A stretch of DNA of 64,000 nucleotides, taken from NCBI GenBank assembly GCA_950097015.1, contig CATNEN010000038.1, positions 27,466,001-27,530,000 of the forward strand, in the 5' to 3' direction. Numbering within the stretch: the stretch's first letter is position 1; every line of letters starts with the position of its first letter. This DNA is from Macrostomum hystrix (taxonomy: Eukaryota > Animalia > Platyhelminthes). Shown in pieces: positions 1-11,325 of the stretch. The translations under genes were made by a program, and so were the position numbers. The notes beneath the pieces were generated by a model. That model worked only from the letters and a program-made list of their open reading frames with translations, was not told where the DNA came from and did no database searches.

Positions 1-610
1 CAAGAAGGAATTGATAGTGTGGGTCAAGAAGGAACTGATAGTGTGGGTCAAGAAGGAACTGATAGTGTGGGTCAAGAAGGAACTGATAGTGTGGGGTGGG
101 TCAAGAAGAAACTGATAGTGTGGGTCAAGAAGGAATTGATAGTGTGGGTCAAGAAGGAATTGATAGTGTGGGTCAAGAAGAAATTGATAGTGTGGGTCAA
201 GAAGGAACTGATAGTGTGGGTCAAGAAGGAACTGATAGTGTGGGTCAAGAAGGAACTGATAGTGTGGGTCAAGAAGGAACTGATAGTGTGGGTCAAGAAG
301 GAACTGATAGTGTGGGTCAAGAAGGAATTGATAGTGTGGGTCAAGAAGGAACTGATAGTGTGGGTCAAGAAGGAACTGATAGTGTGGGTCAAGAAGGAAT
401 TGATAGTGTGGGTCAAGAAGGAACTGATAGTGTGGGTCAAGAAGGAATTGATAGCGTGGGTCAAGAAGGAACTGATAGTGTGGGTCAAGAAGGAACTGAT
501 AGTGTGGGTCAAGAAGGAACTGATAGTGTGGGTCAAGAAGGAACTGATAGTGTGGGGTGGGTCAAGAAGAAACTGATAGTGTGGGGTGGGTCAAGAAGAA
601 AATGATAGTG
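1..610. repeat. 24-bp minisatellite (GTGTGGGTCAAGAAGGAACTGATA)n
   Basis: About 25 near-perfect tandem units, running off the window start; the ORFs here only translate the repeat. Confidence 0.97.
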
Positions 611-962
611 TTGGGTGTTTCAAGGGGAGCAGAAAGTTTGGAAGTGGATCAGCTAGGGACTCCTCCGCTCTCCAATGTTCCGCTCCTCTGATCCGCTCCC
701 CTGATCCGCTCCCCCTGATCCGCTCCCCGCAGGTATAGCGGGGCAGTTTCGGGTGTGGAGCTGTGTACGATGCTGTTTTTGAATTCCATGCAATTTCTGA
801 CATTAGTACTCAATTTTTTCGGAGTGCACGGCGAGCATTACTTAAAGTAGGGTGCAAGTATTTGGTAATTGACTCTTGACTGCCCGAAAATAAGTTTGGA
901 AAACGAAAAAGAGGAACGGCACAGAATTGATATCACACTCACAGAATAGAAAAATGATAAAG

Positions 963-969
<7 letters not shown>

Positions 970-993
<24 letters not shown>

Positions 994-1300
994 TATAATA
1001 ATAATAACAGGAGGGCTGCGGGCAATGGCACATCATTTGGTGAAACAAGACCCGCAGCCAGCGAGGAGGCAGTTCTGCCTGTTCCGCTGACTTCTGAGCA
1101 CACGCGCACACAGATAATGTACGCAGGCACACACGCTCACACGTGTACATCAGCCCTAACTGTCTCATCTTCAGCCAGTGTACACTCTTGTACACTCTCA
1201 AGGGAATAAATTTCACGAAAAGCCTCCAAGCCTTCTGTCAGCGGCTGCGCCTCAATTTAATTTGACCGCAAGGCGGAATCGAGCTCTGACATTGAGCCCC
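970..1300 (-). mobile_element. tRNA-derived SINE family 1, 5'-truncated copy
   Basis: Reverse complement matches the body of the 14858-15219 copy (GCAATGGCACATCATTTGGTG...GCAGCCAGCGAGGAGGC) and has an (ATT)n tail. Confidence 0.85.
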
Positions 1301-1472
1301 CAATTGATACCTATATTAAACATCTTGCTTGTAAAATTGTGGACAACCAATGGAAACGGGTTGCTGATGCCAAGCAACAGAAATGCTTTTTATAGAACCA
1401 TAAAAACTGTCCAGTATTTCCAGCTATGATTCTCAATAGGCAGTCTTAATTTACAGCAACGAATCAAGCAAA

Positions 1473-2207
1473 ATGAGGTCTAACGGCTTTGTATTTCTGT
1501 TTGTCTGCATTCAGCTGCTGTCAGTGCACGCTCAGTGCCCGGCTCCGTTCAGCCAGGAGGCCGGCAGGTGCGTGTTCGTCAACACTTCGTATAGTTTGAG
1601 CTGGTGCTCGGCCAATCGGCAGTGCGCATCGATCGGAGGCCAGCTCATGAGCTCGTTCAGCTCGCTGCAGCTGCTCAGCAACATGTCCAGCATGAACTGC
1701 AGCAACTGCAGGCTGTGGATCGGAGGCTCCGACCTGGCAGAGGAAAGATTCATAAATAGGACAGGTTGGCGGATGACCGACGGAAACGTTTCGCGATCAA
1801 CGAGTGACTTGAGTTGGAGCTCAGGTGATCCAAGCAATTGGTCAAACAAAGAAGACTGCCTTGGTTATGCGGGAGGCCGTATATATGACTTACAATGTTC
1901 TTCTCTATATGGCCTTGCCTGCGAGTTCGCACCTGCAGCTCCGTACAAGCCTGTCGCCAGTGCCTCATGGCAGCGGACTCCGTTCAAGCGCACCAGCTAC
2001 AATCCGAGCACTGAGTACTGCTACTCTGACCTGCTGCAGGTGGCCAACTATCTCGAGTGCATGGCAGCCGCTATGAAATCAGGAATCAGCAGACACGTGC
2101 TGTACAACAGCGGCCTTGGAAAGTGCCGTCAGCTGCAGTTCACCGACGCTCAGGTTGAGGAGGCCATCGAGACGAGCTCCGACTGGGTCAAGTTCAGCTC
2201 GGTGTGA
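1473..2207 (+). CDS. Secreted C-type lectin domain + C-terminal PAN/apple-like domain protein, copy 1 (intronless, 244 aa)
   Basis: Signal peptide, CP..F....RC, W..A...C...GGQL, LWIGG, W...DPSN, EDC, D..C, ACE. The C-terminus has ECM..AM...VLYN....C, which is PAN-like (less certain). Confidence 0.88.
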   Translation: MRSNGFVFLFVCIQLLSVHAQCPAPFSQEAGRCVFVNTSYSLSWCSANRQCASIGGQLMSSFSSLQLLSNMSSMNCSNCRLWIGGSDLAEERFINRTGWRMTDGNVSRSTSDLSWSSGDPSNWSNKEDCLGYAGGRIYDLQCSSLYGLACEFAPAAPYKPVASASWQRTPFKRTSYNPSTEYCYSDLLQVANYLECMAAAMKSGISRHVLYNSGLGKCRQLQFTDAQVEEAIETSSDWVKFSSV

Positions 2208-2621
2208 CTCACTGACTAAATGGAAGTAGACAAGCTGCTGAACGAATGGTAGAATTACTTGGAGTAGAAAAAGGATTTACGAGGCAACTAGGCAACTGCA
2301 AGAATATTTTAATTACTTCATTTTTTACATATAAATTTCTTTTAACGGTTAAACGCCTTCTTCGGTATAGGCCTTTCTAGATCTTCTACGACAGAAAACG
2401 ACAAACTTCAGAAATATGATAGTCCTCAAATTATCAGAGCATGCAGTTTTTATGAACTTTCTGCTTTCAATCCATTGAACAATTCGACTTCATCAATTTA
2501 AGGTGCAGTTAATATTGGATAGTTTAAATATATATAAGCAGCCTTAACTTTACACTGTCAAGTACAGGCTATGGAAGGAATAGGGTACGCTTGAGCCGCA
2601 ACAAAGACAAATTGAAAAATG

Positions 2622-2720
2622 ACTGACTTACTTACTTACTTTGCAGGGGGGCCTGGGGCACCTGACGCACAAACACAGGAACGGCATGCCCCCAGGCCGG
2701 CGAACTAGGCGAAAGCCGAT
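2622..2720 (-). mobile_element. Probable 3' end fragment of a non-LTR element with a (TAAG)n tail
   Basis: ACTTACTTACTTACT tail next to a short GC-rich segment in AT-rich DNA. Confidence 0.35.
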
Positions 2721-3149
2721 TCACTTTCGATCCTCAAACTATAGACCAAGGGACTATGAAAGTAGTCCTACTAGTTGTCTTTGCTATAGACGTCTTCCGG
2801 ACAAATTGTTAAAAGAAATACAATGAGATTGAACACCCAGTGGACGTGGTTGTATTGTTAGCATTGAGTTTCTTTAATGCATTCACCTCTATAGGTAAGA
2901 AATTAGTTTTTTAGACTTTCTTCGAGGAGAAATGATGCTCTACCCGGTGGGACATTACTATACGCCCCCTCTGTACGCCCCACCCTGCGCCCCCCGCCGC
3001 GCGCCAGGCGCCCGGGCGTATGTAGCATGTCCGCGCGCCCCGCCGGTGGGGGGCGCAGGGTAAATAAAATTCGGCGTAATTTCCTCACAGTCTACTGTTA
3101 GTAGGCTGTGCTGTATTTTTTGTGCTATAATTGAGCGCCGTAAAAAGCC

Positions 3150-3320
3150 TAGCAGCAGCTCCGCTCCTGCCCAGCAGCTCCGCTCCTGCCCAGCAGCTCC
3201 GCTCCTGCCCAGCAGCTCCGCTCCTGCCCAGCAGCTCCGCTTCTGCCCAGCAGCTCCGCTCCTGCCCAGCAGCTCCGCTCCTGCCCAGCAGCTCCGCTTC
3301 TGCCCCAGCAGCTCCGCTCG
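3150..3320. repeat. 19-bp minisatellite (GCAGCTCCGCTCCTGCCCA)n
   Basis: About 9 tandem units. Confidence 0.95.
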
Positions 3321-4111
3321 CCACGCTGCCCCCTCCTGACCATGTACTTTTCATACGCATGTTTCATTCTGTATTAGACATAAATAATATACATCGTATC
3401 AATAGCTTTGAGGTTTTTACACTCCTCTATCCTTAACTTAAGTTCCATAGAGATCTGAGTATAGAACCTGGAGACACGACTCCATCCAAAATCCCCATTT
3501 TCCGGACCAGTTTTGTCTGACTGGCTGTCCTAGATTTACACTGGGCAGATTGGGAAATTATGACACCCAGTTGGTTGAAGCTGCTAGTTAAGCAATTCTT
3601 TTCTAACGAGTAATGAACACTGATATGTGTGGTGAACATTCGAAGGACGTCAATGATTGCTGAGTTGCTTATCAAATTTCAATTTTTTTGACTTCTCAAA
3701 ACGTTACAAGCGACGGAGGACGTAAAAATGTAATATCTGTTCCCCCTAAATTGCATAGAGAAAGGCTATTGTGCTCAGCAGATGAGATGAGAATTCCTAT
3801 CAAATAGTTGGTTCACTAGAATACGGCAGTTTGGTTCATGATTATTTCTAACCAGAAGTCGAATTGTATGCTCATTAGGTGCCAAAAGTTGTCACCTAAG
3901 CACGAACGTTCTGATCACCTGGCATTGTCCTGTCACGAAAACTTTTAATTTGATCAAACATTCTGCAAAATGGGGGGGCGGTCAATGACAAACGGTTAGT
4001 GAGAGCACGCATCAGAAACGCTATATATGTGCTGCATGTCGTGCAGTTTCCAACTCAGATTCTATTATAGCTTTTCTGAAGTTACAAGCACGACCAAATG
4101 CTACCATATAA

Positions 4112-4861
4112 ATGCAGCTAAGCATTTCGCTGCTATTTCTTCAATTTATTCAGCTGCTGTCAGTGCAGGCTCAGTGTCCGGCACCGTTCAGTCTGGAGGC
4201 CGGCAGGTGTGTGTTCGTGAACGCTGCTCAGAGCTTCAGCTGGTGCTCGGCCAATCGGCAGTGTGCATCGATTGGAGGCCAGCTCATGAGCTCGTTCAGC
4301 TCGCTGCAGCTGCTGAGCAACATGCCCAGCGTGAACTGCAGCTGCTGGCTGTGGATCGGAGCCTCGGACCTGGCAGAGGAGAGATTCATGAATAGGACAG
4401 GTTGGCGGATGACCGACGGAACGATTACTCAATCGCCGAGCGACTTGAAGTGGTCCTTTATTGAGCCATCAAACGCAGAAGACAGGGAAGACTGCGTAGC
4501 GAAAATATTTTACGGAGGCACCGTGTACGGAAATGACCTTCCGTGCTCTACTTTAAAAGGATTTGCCTGCGAGTTCGCACCTGCAGCTCCGTACAAGCCT
4601 GTCACCAGTGCCTCATGGCAGCTGACTCCGTTCAAGCGAACCAGCTACAATCCGAGCTCTGAGTACTGCTACTCTGACCTGGACGTGGCCAACCATCTCG
4701 AGTGCATGTTGGTCGCAATGAGCTCAGGAATCAGCAGACACGTGCTCTACAATAGCATGCTTGGACAGTGCCGCCAGCTGCAGTTCGCCGACGCTCAGGT
4801 TGAGGAGGCCATCGAGACGAGCGCCGACTGGGTCAAGTTCAGTGCGGTGTGGCTTGATTAG
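4112..4861 (+). CDS. Secreted C-type lectin + PAN/apple-like protein, copy 2 (249 aa)
   Basis: Paralogue of 1473-2207, with EPS and GND at the sugar-binding motif positions. Confidence 0.88.
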   Translation: MQLSISLLFLQFIQLLSVQAQCPAPFSLEAGRCVFVNAAQSFSWCSANRQCASIGGQLMSSFSSLQLLSNMPSVNCSCWLWIGASDLAEERFMNRTGWRMTDGTITQSPSDLKWSFIEPSNAEDREDCVAKIFYGGTVYGNDLPCSTLKGFACEFAPAAPYKPVTSASWQLTPFKRTSYNPSSEYCYSDLDVANHLECMLVAMSSGISRHVLYNSMLGQCRQLQFADAQVEEAIETSADWVKFSAVWLD

Positions 4862-6271
4862 ATTAGACAAGAAAATGGTACAGAGAGACTGCAATAAGAA
4901 CGTATTCGGAAAAATCACTGTCGCTTTTAAAAGTAACAAGCATGTGGTAACTAAATAAAACTTGGAACCATGGGATTCTGCTACTAATTTTAAAGTTTCG
5001 CGAAAAATATTGTTCTAGTTGACACGGTAACTAGGTTCGCCTTGGCATCGCGGACATTGCATGCTGACAATGAAGTTTGCACGAATATTCCACGGTCACT
5101 AACATTGAGATCAGAAACCTTTGTTAAAACTGTACGACAAAAACAGAGGCATGTGATATAAGGTGCCAGTCGTGCAAAATGCGAAGATGTATAAAAATAT
5201 AAGTTTCTGACATTAGCAGCAACAACGGCAGGCACTTGCTGCAGAAACGTACTTTATGCAAAGTAGGTTTTCAGCATGCAGCTCAAAGTTTTTTTCGGTA
5301 AAAAATAAAAAAACCAGAAACTTTTTTTACATGAAATGTAAGCACAGAAAGAAATTTACAAAACAAATACACTATATTTCAAAGAACTTTTCCCGTGTGG
5401 CTTTAAAAGTAAAAAATTATTGTTGGTTTTATAGCGAAGTCCCGTCAACCTATTTAGATTTCTATCGTACTGACTAAGATGAATATTTTTCTAAAATTTA
5501 TTGTCTGATATACAGGTATTTGCTTCTCAACTTGACTACCTACTGTCAGTAGTAATGGATTCAGTGCATTGGTTCATGGCAAGGGTGTTTTGAGAACGCA
5601 ACTCAAACTTGAAGTCGCTTGCGTACTGGCCGTGAACTGCTTTTGATTGAAACAATCATCAGCTATCTAAGTGTTAGAAATTGCCTGTAGTGACTTTTCT
5701 TTCTAAAGAATATCGCTTTTGTCAGGCTATCTCAGCGAATTGGCATTCAAACTCAGCCAGCCCATCTTGTCACTGCGGTTTTTTTACTGAAGCTGCTAAT
5801 TTTTACCATAGACATGCATTTTAAGACCATGCTATCTCAGATTGGGACGAGCAATCTCAGCCAACATATAAGTTCTATGTTATTCTGTCTATAGTTTTGT
5901 TAACATTTGAAGCTGTTCCACCAAAATGAGGGCAACCAGCAACGTTGATAGAAGACGCTTGATCTCCGCGTGGACGGAAGGACAGGATATTGGTCTAGCC
6001 GCTACAATTCTTGGCATCAAATTGAAAACCGCTCGCCACATCATTGCCACTTTTGAAGCTACAGGTCGGATTGATCCTCTTCAGCGTGGAGGCCGGAAGA
6101 TCGGCTCTTGCAAGCTGGACGACGAGATGCGCCAAATGCTCATCGGCCTCTTAAATGAAAATCCGATGGCGACACTGAAAGCATTGCAGACTAATCTCGC
6201 TGCTCAGCTTCCAGACAAGCCACCGGTCTCCATTAAGACAATAGCCAGAGCTCTGGATGGAGCCCTGTATA

Positions 6272-7675
6272 CACTCAGCAACATTTAAAACGTAACACTC
6301 TAACTAGAAGAAAAATCAACTCACTCAGAAGAGTCAAAGCGCATAGTCTATGGTTCAAATCGAGCTTCAGAAACGCGTGTAGCTTCCTCTACAACACTCT
6401 AACTAGAAGAAAAATCAACTCACCCAGAAGAGTCAAAGCGCATAGTCTATGGTTCAAATCGAGCTTCAGAAACGCGTGTAGCTTCCTCTCGCAAGTAACA
6501 GGGCGATGACTATGGACTGTTTTCAGATAGAGTGATCCAGCTGAGAGAATGGTTCAACAGATGACAGACGTGGAAAGATGGCGAGCAGTCGGAATGTTGG
6601 AAGCAGGTTGTACTCTTCGAACAGTTGCGAACCACTTCGGGAGGTCGCCTTTAACAGTTTTACGTCTGCTACAGAAGAGCAGAGCCACTGGAAGCGTGGC
6701 TCACGCGAGAAAAGGTACGGTGCTTCACCAACTTCGCAGTACAACAGCGAGGGCAGATCGACGCCTGCTGAGAATAGTGCGTGGAAACCCCACACTGCCT
6801 GCCACACTCCTGCGATTGATGTGGGCAGAGAGAAGCCGCAGAGGCAACGTTCTCAGCGCGCAGACGATTCGCCGCAGGATTCACGCTGCAGGATTGCGGT
6901 CAAGAAAAATGCGGAGGAGGCCGCGCCTGAGTCCTGCACATGTCGCTAACAGGGAACTGTGGGCCATGCAGCGGGCGCACTGGCGGCAAGGACAGTGGCA
7001 GCGCGTTATCTTTACAGACGACACTCGTCTTTTTCGCAGTGATGGTCGAATTCGCGTCTGGCGTGAGACACGGCAAGAGCTTCTGCAGCAGCACGTGCAA
7101 AGCTGCGATGGGCAGGGACCCTCCGTACACGTGTGGGCAGGGATTTCAATGCGAGGCAGGACCCAGCTGGTTTTCTTAGACGCAAACGTGAACGGCGATG
7201 AGTACGCTCGTTTGCTGCAGACGCATCTGCTCCCTTTTGTTAACAACTACTTTGGTGGCGTCGCAAACTGCATACTGCAGGACGATAATGCACCGGCGCA
7301 CCGGGCAGCAGCTGTCAGCGAACTCAAGGACCAGCTGCACCTGCGTACTCTTCGGTGGCCTTCAAGATCCCCTGATATGAACCCAATTGAACATGTCTGG
7401 GACTGTATCAAGCGGAGTGTTCAACGGCAGAATCCGCCGCAGACAGTCGCTGAACTGCGAAACGCTGTTGCTAACGCGTGGCAGGAAATTCCCCAGGACT
7501 TTTTTCGACGCCTTGTTCTGGGAATGCCACGTCGAGTCAACGCCCTGTTACTTGCGAGAGGAGGCTACACGCGTTTCTGAAGCTCGATTTGAACCATAGA
7601 CTATGCGCTTTGACTCTTCTGAGTGAGTTGATTTTTCTTCTAGTTAGAGTGTTGCGTTTTAAATGTTGCTGAGTG
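6272..7675 (+). mobile_element. Tc1-family DNA transposon (DD34E), nested in element A
   Basis: TA|CACTCAGCAACATTTAAAAC ... GTTTTAAATGTTGCTGAGTG|TA; TIRs of about 140 bp; the left TIR carries a tandem duplication of about 99 bp. Confidence 0.95.
6549..7580 (+). CDS. Tc1-like transposase, 343 aa
   Basis: Paired-like HTH, VIFTDD, QDDNAPAH, WPSRSPDMNPIEHVW (34 residues between D and E), GGYTRF end. Confidence 0.93.
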   Translation: MVQQMTDVERWRAVGMLEAGCTLRTVANHFGRSPLTVLRLLQKSRATGSVAHARKGTVLHQLRSTTARADRRLLRIVRGNPTLPATLLRLMWAERSRRGNVLSAQTIRRRIHAAGLRSRKMRRRPRLSPAHVANRELWAMQRAHWRQGQWQRVIFTDDTRLFRSDGRIRVWRETRQELLQQHVQSCDGQGPSVHVWAGISMRGRTQLVFLDANVNGDEYARLLQTHLLPFVNNYFGGVANCILQDDNAPAHRAAAVSELKDQLHLRTLRWPSRSPDMNPIEHVWDCIKRSVQRQNPPQTVAELRNAVANAWQEIPQDFFRRLVLGMPRRVNALLLARGGYTRF

Positions 7676-9295
7676 TACATTTAAGATTGCCACTAAGAAC
7701 TGTGACATTCAATTGAGCGCGAACTCTCCCGCGGTGATAGAGAAGCGACGCGAGTATGCGCTATTCATGGCGGGACTGCAACTGGATATACGGTGGTAAT
7801 ATATATAGACGAGACGGGGTACAACCTCTGGACGCGCAGATCACAGCGAAGGTCGCGAAGGGGTCAGCCAGTGAGACGGCGTTGCCCAACACAGAGGGGT
7901 CCAAATCTTTCCACCTGTCTGGCCGTGTCATCTGCACTTGGGTTGGTGAAGAGTGAGTTTTTCAGAGGAGGCCAGACAAAGGAGAGGTTTCAACAATTCA
8001 TCAATGACCTCGTGGAGCAAGTCATCCCGGAAATCGGCAACGCCAGAGTCGTCATAGTCTGCGATGGTCCAAGCTTTCAACGCGGTGTGACAGTGCTGGA
8101 GCAGCACCGCCATCAGTTTGAAATTCAGCTGCTGCCCGCTTACTTGCCGTTTCTCAACCCGTGTGAGATGGCTCATAGTGCAGTGAAGGCTTCGATCAAG
8201 CTGCAGCTCGCTGACCCCGCACTGGTGGAGGAAGAAGCTGGTGGCCGACCTGATGGAGTCACCTGCGTGGAATGGCGCATTTTTCTGCTGGAGCGAGTGG
8301 GCCGAGACTCTTTGCAATTTGTGACGCCAATGAAGGTAGCCAGGTGGGAAATTCACTGCAACCGTAGCTTCCCACAATGCATCCAGGAGGTACCTTTCAA
8401 CTAAACTGAAATAGCCTCTTAACTGATCATCTCTGGTAGCCATTTTCAAAGCTTGCTTTGTATATCCCATCCCATACTCAGTTTTCTGTTACCCTGTTTT
8501 TCTCTTCTAAATAGACTGTTTAAAAATGTTAACAAAACTATAGACAGAATAACATAGAACTTATAGGTTGGCTGAGATTGCTCGTCCCAAGCTGAGATAG
8601 CATGTTCTTAAAATGCATGTGGTAATGGTAAAATGGTAAAAATTAGCAGCTTCAGTAAAAAAACCGCAGTGACAAGATGGGCTGGCTGAGTTTGAATACT
8701 CATAGGCTGAGATAGCCTGACAAAAGCTATACTAAAAGCTTCGTTTTAGCCACCAAAAAGCGTCTGAAAGCAATGCGTTGATTTTCATGTATTCTGCCGT
8801 GATTGCTGAAGAATTCTTTTTTACTGCATTGTAAACTTAGAATTGTCGAAAAAAAATGCAAAATCAAACTTGTTTTTTATTTTATTTTATTTTTTTTAGC
8901 AAAGCTATTTATCTTTATATTGCCTAGCGATAGCCAGCTACTCGCTGCAAACGTAAAAGCAAATGACGTCCTGATAATTAAAGATAATGAGAATTTACTG
9001 AGTAAAAGCTTCACTGAGGGAGAAATTTCCTAGCGAAAACTTCATTGAGGAAGAAATTCCTGGGTTAAAACATTACCGAGAGAATTTCCTGATGGAAAAC
9101 GTCACTATTTTTCTTGTAACTGTTTTAGGTTGCCATAGTACCGCATTTTTTATTGGACAAAAATTTCAGCAAAGCTTTGGGCAGCCAATCGCAACTTTTT
9201 AAGAAATCAGTCAGCATAGTTGTTACGACTGTATAAAACTGTGTAACTAAAGCCAAAAGTTTCTCTGCAGTTAAGTGGTAAACGTCAACTCAATT

Positions 9296-10030
9296 ATGCT
9301 CATTAGCATTTACGTCCTTCTGCTTGTCAGCATTCAGCTGCTGTCAGTGCAGGCTCAGTGCCCGGCTCCGTTTAGCCAGGAGGCTGGCAGGTGCGTGTTC
9401 GGAAACACCTCACCAAGCTTCAGCTGGTGCTCGGCCAATCGGCAGTGCGCATCGATCGGAGGCCAGCTCATGAGCTCGTTCAGCTCGCTGAAGCTGCTCA
9501 GCAACATGCCCAGCATGAGCTGCGGAACCTGCAGGCTGTGGATCGGAGGCTCGGACCTGGCAGATGAGAGAGTCAGCAACAAGATCGGCTGGCGGATGAC
9601 AAACGGAGACATAACGCAATCGACGAGTGACTTGAATTGGGATTCCAGTAACCCCAACAATGGAGGGACCATTGGCGAAGACTGTCTCTCTTATTGCACC
9701 GGCTTAATATTTGACTTCCAATGCTCTCTTGAATATGGCTTTGCCTGCGAGTTCGCACCTGCAGCTCCGTACAAGCCTCTCGCCAGTGCCTCATGGCAGC
9801 GGACTCCGTTCAAGCGAACCAGCTACAATCCGAGCACTGAGTACTGCTACTCTGACCTGGACGTGGCCAACCATCTCGAGTGCATGGCAGCCGCTATGAA
9901 ATCAGGAATCAGCAGACACGTGCTGTACAACAGCGGCCTTGGAAAGTGCCGTCAGCTGCAGTTCACCGACGCTCAGGTTGAGGAGGCCATCGAAACAAGC
10001 GCCGACTGGGTCAAGTTCAGCGCGGTGTGA
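9296..10030 (+). CDS. Secreted C-type lectin + PAN/apple-like protein, copy 3
   Basis: Paralogue of copies 1 and 2; first ATG at 9296 gives a signal peptide; NPN at the EPN position. Confidence 0.88.
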   Translation: MLISIYVLLLVSIQLLSVQAQCPAPFSQEAGRCVFGNTSPSFSWCSANRQCASIGGQLMSSFSSLKLLSNMPSMSCGTCRLWIGGSDLADERVSNKIGWRMTNGDITQSTSDLNWDSSNPNNGGTIGEDCLSYCTGLIFDFQCSLEYGFACEFAPAAPYKPLASASWQRTPFKRTSYNPSTEYCYSDLDVANHLECMAAAMKSGISRHVLYNSGLGKCRQLQFTDAQVEEAIETSADWVKFSAV

Positions 10031-10739
10031 CTTATGATTTAACTGGGGTTGTGGAGGAAAAGCGGCAACTATAATGCTTTTTACTGTGATTTTTGAGTAT
10101 AATAAAATTGTTTTATTAACAACCTCTGCGCTTTTGAAATACCAGATTTAAGAAACTCTACTTATAGATCCTGCATATGGAGCAGACATTGATGTTGCTG
10201 AATCTGGATGGTTATAGATTGTGATAGAGATGGTGAGATAACTGCCTCTCGGTCTTCAATAAATCAAGGACCTAATAATGTTTTATTTCGTTTTCGGGAT
10301 GCATCATGATAAAAGAGCCGAAAGGAATTGCTTTTTTTTTCATTTTATCGTTAGCAGCATTTGCAAGATGGTAGGAAATGTTCTCATAATTGATAAGGAT
10401 CATTTTAACTGTTGTACTGTGTAGTCTTAATTCTCCTACGGAGAAATTTAGATACATTCAAGACAGAAGCGAACCGGAAGCAGGATTTTTAGTAAATACA
10501 AGCTTGCCAAAAGAACCTGGGGAAATGCTTCCGAAGCTATCCGATTCATTTTGACAAAGTGTCCCAACCTGCTCAGGAAATACGAGTACCAAAAACTCTA
10601 TCTTGATGCATCTTGAAGCTAAATGTTATGCATCTATTTTTTGCTTTACCGAACAAAATCGCTCTGGCTTTAAAATAATGGAAAATCGTGACATTGTTGG
10701 CGACAAGAAAAGAAAGACATGAGTCACTTTTCTTTAGCT

Positions 10740-10900
10740 ATAGGAGTAGCTTTTAGGCAAAAAACTTCCTCCCGAAAATACTCTTTCATCGCTTAGAGTT
10801 CTAGGCAAGAAAAAGTATGCACCGATTCCTTGTAACAAAGGTATATCTACAGCATTGACAAACTGTTTCGCTGTCCAATACTGTTTGCTTTTACCATTAT
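10740..10900 (-). pseudogene. Possible decayed hAT transposase C-terminal dimerisation fragment
   Basis: QYW...IPLL...FFLPRTLSDERVFSGG resembles the hAT W..P.L..A..L.iP.TS..sERvFS motif. Confidence 0.4.
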
Positions 10901-11325
10901 AGTAATCGATGGTAATAAATCGATGGTAAAAACTAAGGGTAGATCTGTGCATTATCTCTTAGCCTTGAATAATGGTAGATTGTCTAGTATGTCTTACCAT
11001 TGAACAAATGATCGCTTGCCACTCGTGCCTCCGCCACTCAAAGACATACGCAAAGATATACTACACACGCGCATTGTTCTATATGGCCTAACCGAGTCCC
11101 GCAATGATTGCGTTATGATCATTGCGTACCGCATGTATGTTTTCCTTGCGTACCGCTTATAAGTTTCTTCAGAGATTGGCCATAGACTAAGCTTCAGTGT
11201 TAGGATAAGAGAAAATTAGAAAAATTAGGGCGAGATGGACCATAGAATATTCGATGTGTTGCACAAAAAGCTCTATTAAAGGGACTGCTTTTTACTCTTA
11301 ATTTTCTGAGTCAAGACGCACGAAA

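Larger units (their letters stand above)
5926..8404 (+). pseudogene. IS630-like transposase (DD33E), interrupted and frameshifted
   Basis: HTH region at 5926-6271. Removing the insert rejoins ALY|TFKIATKNCDI...EYALFM; a 2-nt frameshift near 7785 precedes VVIYIDETG. Confidence 0.85.
5713..8729 (+). mobile_element. IS630/Tc1-mariner DNA transposon A (about 200-bp TIRs, TA TSD), transposase split by a nested Tc1 element
   Basis: Left TIR TA|TCGCTTTTGTCAGGCTATCTCAGC...GTTAACATTT (5711-5908) is the reverse complement of 8524-8731. Transposase pieces lie at 5926-6271 and 7678-8404 (YIDETG, CDGPSF, LPAYLPFLNPCE). Confidence 0.92.

Noticed and set aside
19-605. Long ORFs in several frames (also 3085-3436, 16956-17498, 17922-18218, 18723-19224, 35534-36531, 54498-55261)
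   Set aside because: They are translations of stop-free tandem repeats with no protein features; most lie in introns.
1810-9741. Diversity-generating retroelement (variable C-type lectin region plus an RT in the window)
   Set aside because: Differences affect all bases and include indels, there is no template repeat, and the only RT is a truncated RTE LINE 30 kb away.
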